A stretch of DNA of 64,000 nucleotides from Hemiscyllium ocellatum (lineage: Eukaryota), in the NCBI RefSeq assembly GCF_020745735.1, contig NC_083423.1, forward strand, positions 32,426,001 through 32,490,000, read 5' to 3'. Position 1 is the stretch's first letter; every line of letters starts with the position of its first letter. This document shows positions 62,128 through 64,000 of the stretch, in pieces. Made by a program: the position numbers and the translations under genes. Below the pieces are notes generated by a model. The model was not told the origin of the DNA. It did no database searches and saw nothing but the letters and a program-made list of their open reading frames with translations.

Positions 62128-63155
62128 GTTCTTGCTATTGCTGTTGCCAGGGGAACCCTGTTCCTGCTATTGCCGTCGCCACAGGAACCTAATCAGTTGT
62201 CCGAATAATCAGTTATCTGAAAAAAATATTGCCCACCAGTCTCATTCGGATTATCAAGGGTGTTCTTTATATGACAGGTATTTAGCAGTTACCGTTTTTC
62301 TTCATATATATCTGATGTATATACAGAGCGCAGTGCCAAATAATAAGGTGCCAAGCCAACACATCATGTACCCTTTCCTTCAACATTGAGTCAATTATAG
62401 TAATGGTGGCCTGGGACAATAGTTTCCATCCCCGAGACATATTTGACTGTAAGTACATATTGAGATCCCCCCGCTGAAAAATTGCTGTGTTCGTTTACTC
62501 TCTTTGGCAACTCAGGAGGTATTATTGTTGCACTGGTGATTTAGAATGAACTCAGGTACCAAATTAGCAATCTGAAACAAAACCCCGTGATGTCTCCTAT
62601 ATTTTGATGACCGAACATAACTCCAGATCACTGTGGACATATTGAACTTTTGGTGACAAAATATGTCTGTTTTATTTTAGAAAAATGACATCAGCCAAAA
62701 AAATGACAATGGACATAAATTATTTGTAAAGATAGACCCTGAAATTTCACATCTGATATAGTATAGAGTATGCATAAAAAGGATGGACTTTAAAAAACAG
62801 ATATGCATTACATACTGAAATGTAATCTTTTGGAAGTCGTCCCTGACTGAGAATATAATGGACAAAAAACACAGCAACTTGGGTAACGAACATGCTTTAT
62901 GGTTTCTGCTTGCCTGAACTACAGTTAAATGTCAGTTCAATCCTTATCTAGGTGGAAGAATGGTGATAGTGGAAGAACACATGCTAATGAGCTAAGGGGC
63001 TTGTGTGTACCATTGAGGTGAGATATTCATGTGTATTGGCCTGCATTCAAATGCTGGTGTGCCATGAAGGCCACAGTCATAGAACTGTCAGTCTTGCATT
63101 AAAGAGTGCTTAATTTAGTCAGTCAGTCAGCACTAGTCACACTTGCATTAAAATT

Positions 63156-63465
63156 GCACGGTGGCTCAGCGGTTAGCACTGTTACCTCACAGCACAAGGG
63201 ACCCGGGTTTGATTCCAGCCTTGAGTGACTGTCCTGTGGAGTTTGCACATTTTCCCCGTGTCTGCGTGGGTTTCCTCCGGGTGCTCTGGTTTCTTCCCAC
63301 AGTCCAAAGATATGCAGGTCAGGTGAATTGGCCATGCTAAATTGCCCATAGTGTTAGGTACATTAGTCAGAGGGAAATGGGTCTGAGTGGGTTACTCTTC
63401 GGAGAGTCGGTGTGGACTTGTTGGGCCGAAGGACCTGTTTCCACACTGTTAGGAATCTAATCTAA
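63156..63465 (+). mobile_element. HE1-type tRNA-derived SINE
   Basis: A box tggctcagcgg, B box ggtttgattcc, tail cctgtttccacactgt..aatctaatct. Confidence 0.9.
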
Positions 63466-63514
63466 ATGTAAAGGATACTGTTATTCATGCTAGAGTTAGA
63501 AATCTTATACCTGC

Positions 63515-64000
63515 AAATGTGTTGCTGGTCAAAGCACAGCAGGTTAGGCAGCATCTCAGGAATAGAGAATTCGACGTTTCGAGCATAAGCCCTTCATCAG
63601 GAATAAGAGAGAGAGAGCCAAGCCGGCTGAGATAAAAGGTAGGGAGGAGGGACTAGGGGGAGGGGCGATGGAGGTGGGATAGGTGGAAGGAGGTCAAGGT
63701 GAGGGTGATAGGCCGGAGTGGAGTGGGGGCGGAGAGGTCAGGAAGAGGATTGCAGGTTAGGAGGGCGGTGCTGAGTTGAGGGAACCGACTGAGACAAGGT
63801 GGGGGGAGGGGAAATGAGGAAGCTGGAGAAATCTGAATTCATACCTTGTGGTTGGAGGGTTCCCAGGCGGAAGATGAGGCGCTCCTCCTCCAGCCGTCGT
63901 GTAGTTGTGTTCTGCCGGTGGAGGAGTCCAAGGACCTGCATGTCCTCGGTGGAGTGGGAGGGGGAGTTAAAGTGTTGAGCCACGGGGTGATTGGGTTGGT
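63515..64000 (-). mobile_element. Penelope-like element 3' end (runs off the window)
   Basis: ORF 63738-63983 AQHFNSPSH...RLEEERLIFRLGTLQPQGMN; terminal repeat with hammerhead. Confidence 0.93.
63569..63604 (-). ncRNA. Intact minimal type-I hammerhead ribozyme motif
   Basis: auuc-CUGAUGA-a-GGGC-uuau-GCUC-GAAA-cGUC^gaau. All core nucleotides present; stem I auuc/gaau. Confidence 0.85.

Larger units (their letters stand above)
60674..62189. repeat. 31-bp minisatellite (ggaccctgttcctgctattgccgtcgccaca) split by a Penelope insertion
   Basis: About 4.5 units at 60674-60819 and about 2 units at 62125-62189. Confidence 0.85.

Noticed and set aside
63156-63230. tRNA gene
   Set aside because: The A and B boxes belong to a SINE head followed by SINE body and tail; the same applies at 16401 and 36906.

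Overview
Eukaryotic, AT-rich, repeat-dominated DNA, most likely from a shark. This is inferred from HE1-type tRNA-SINEs, HER1/CR1 LINE tails and Deu-domain SINEs. No host gene can be named. There are two plausible start-codon exons (+920-1044 and -34181-34333), and the window otherwise looks intronic or intergenic. It holds one near full-length but disrupted CR1 LINE (esterase ORF1 plus APE-RT ORF2, about 11.1-15.5 kb) and many CR1 3' fragments. It also holds at least four families of Penelope-like elements (PLE; RT plus GIY-YIG) with minimal hammerhead ribozyme motifs, decayed Gypsy LTR retrotransposons, two RTE LINE remnants, Harbinger transposase and Myb-gene remnants, a MULE-like insertion and a pogo-like MITE. 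The most striking pattern is a recurrent class of 165-240 bp fold-back insertions made only from the hammerhead-bearing Penelope terminal repeat. Each folds at or next to the ribozyme. The well-preserved copies have 12-16 bp target-site duplications. Autonomous parents of two of these families lie in the same window. Other notable structures are a twin-primed CR1, three serial copies of one target site from consecutive Penelope insertions, and an inside-out pair of Gypsy LTRs. All family calls come from motif recognition by eye, and boundaries of decayed elements are approximate.
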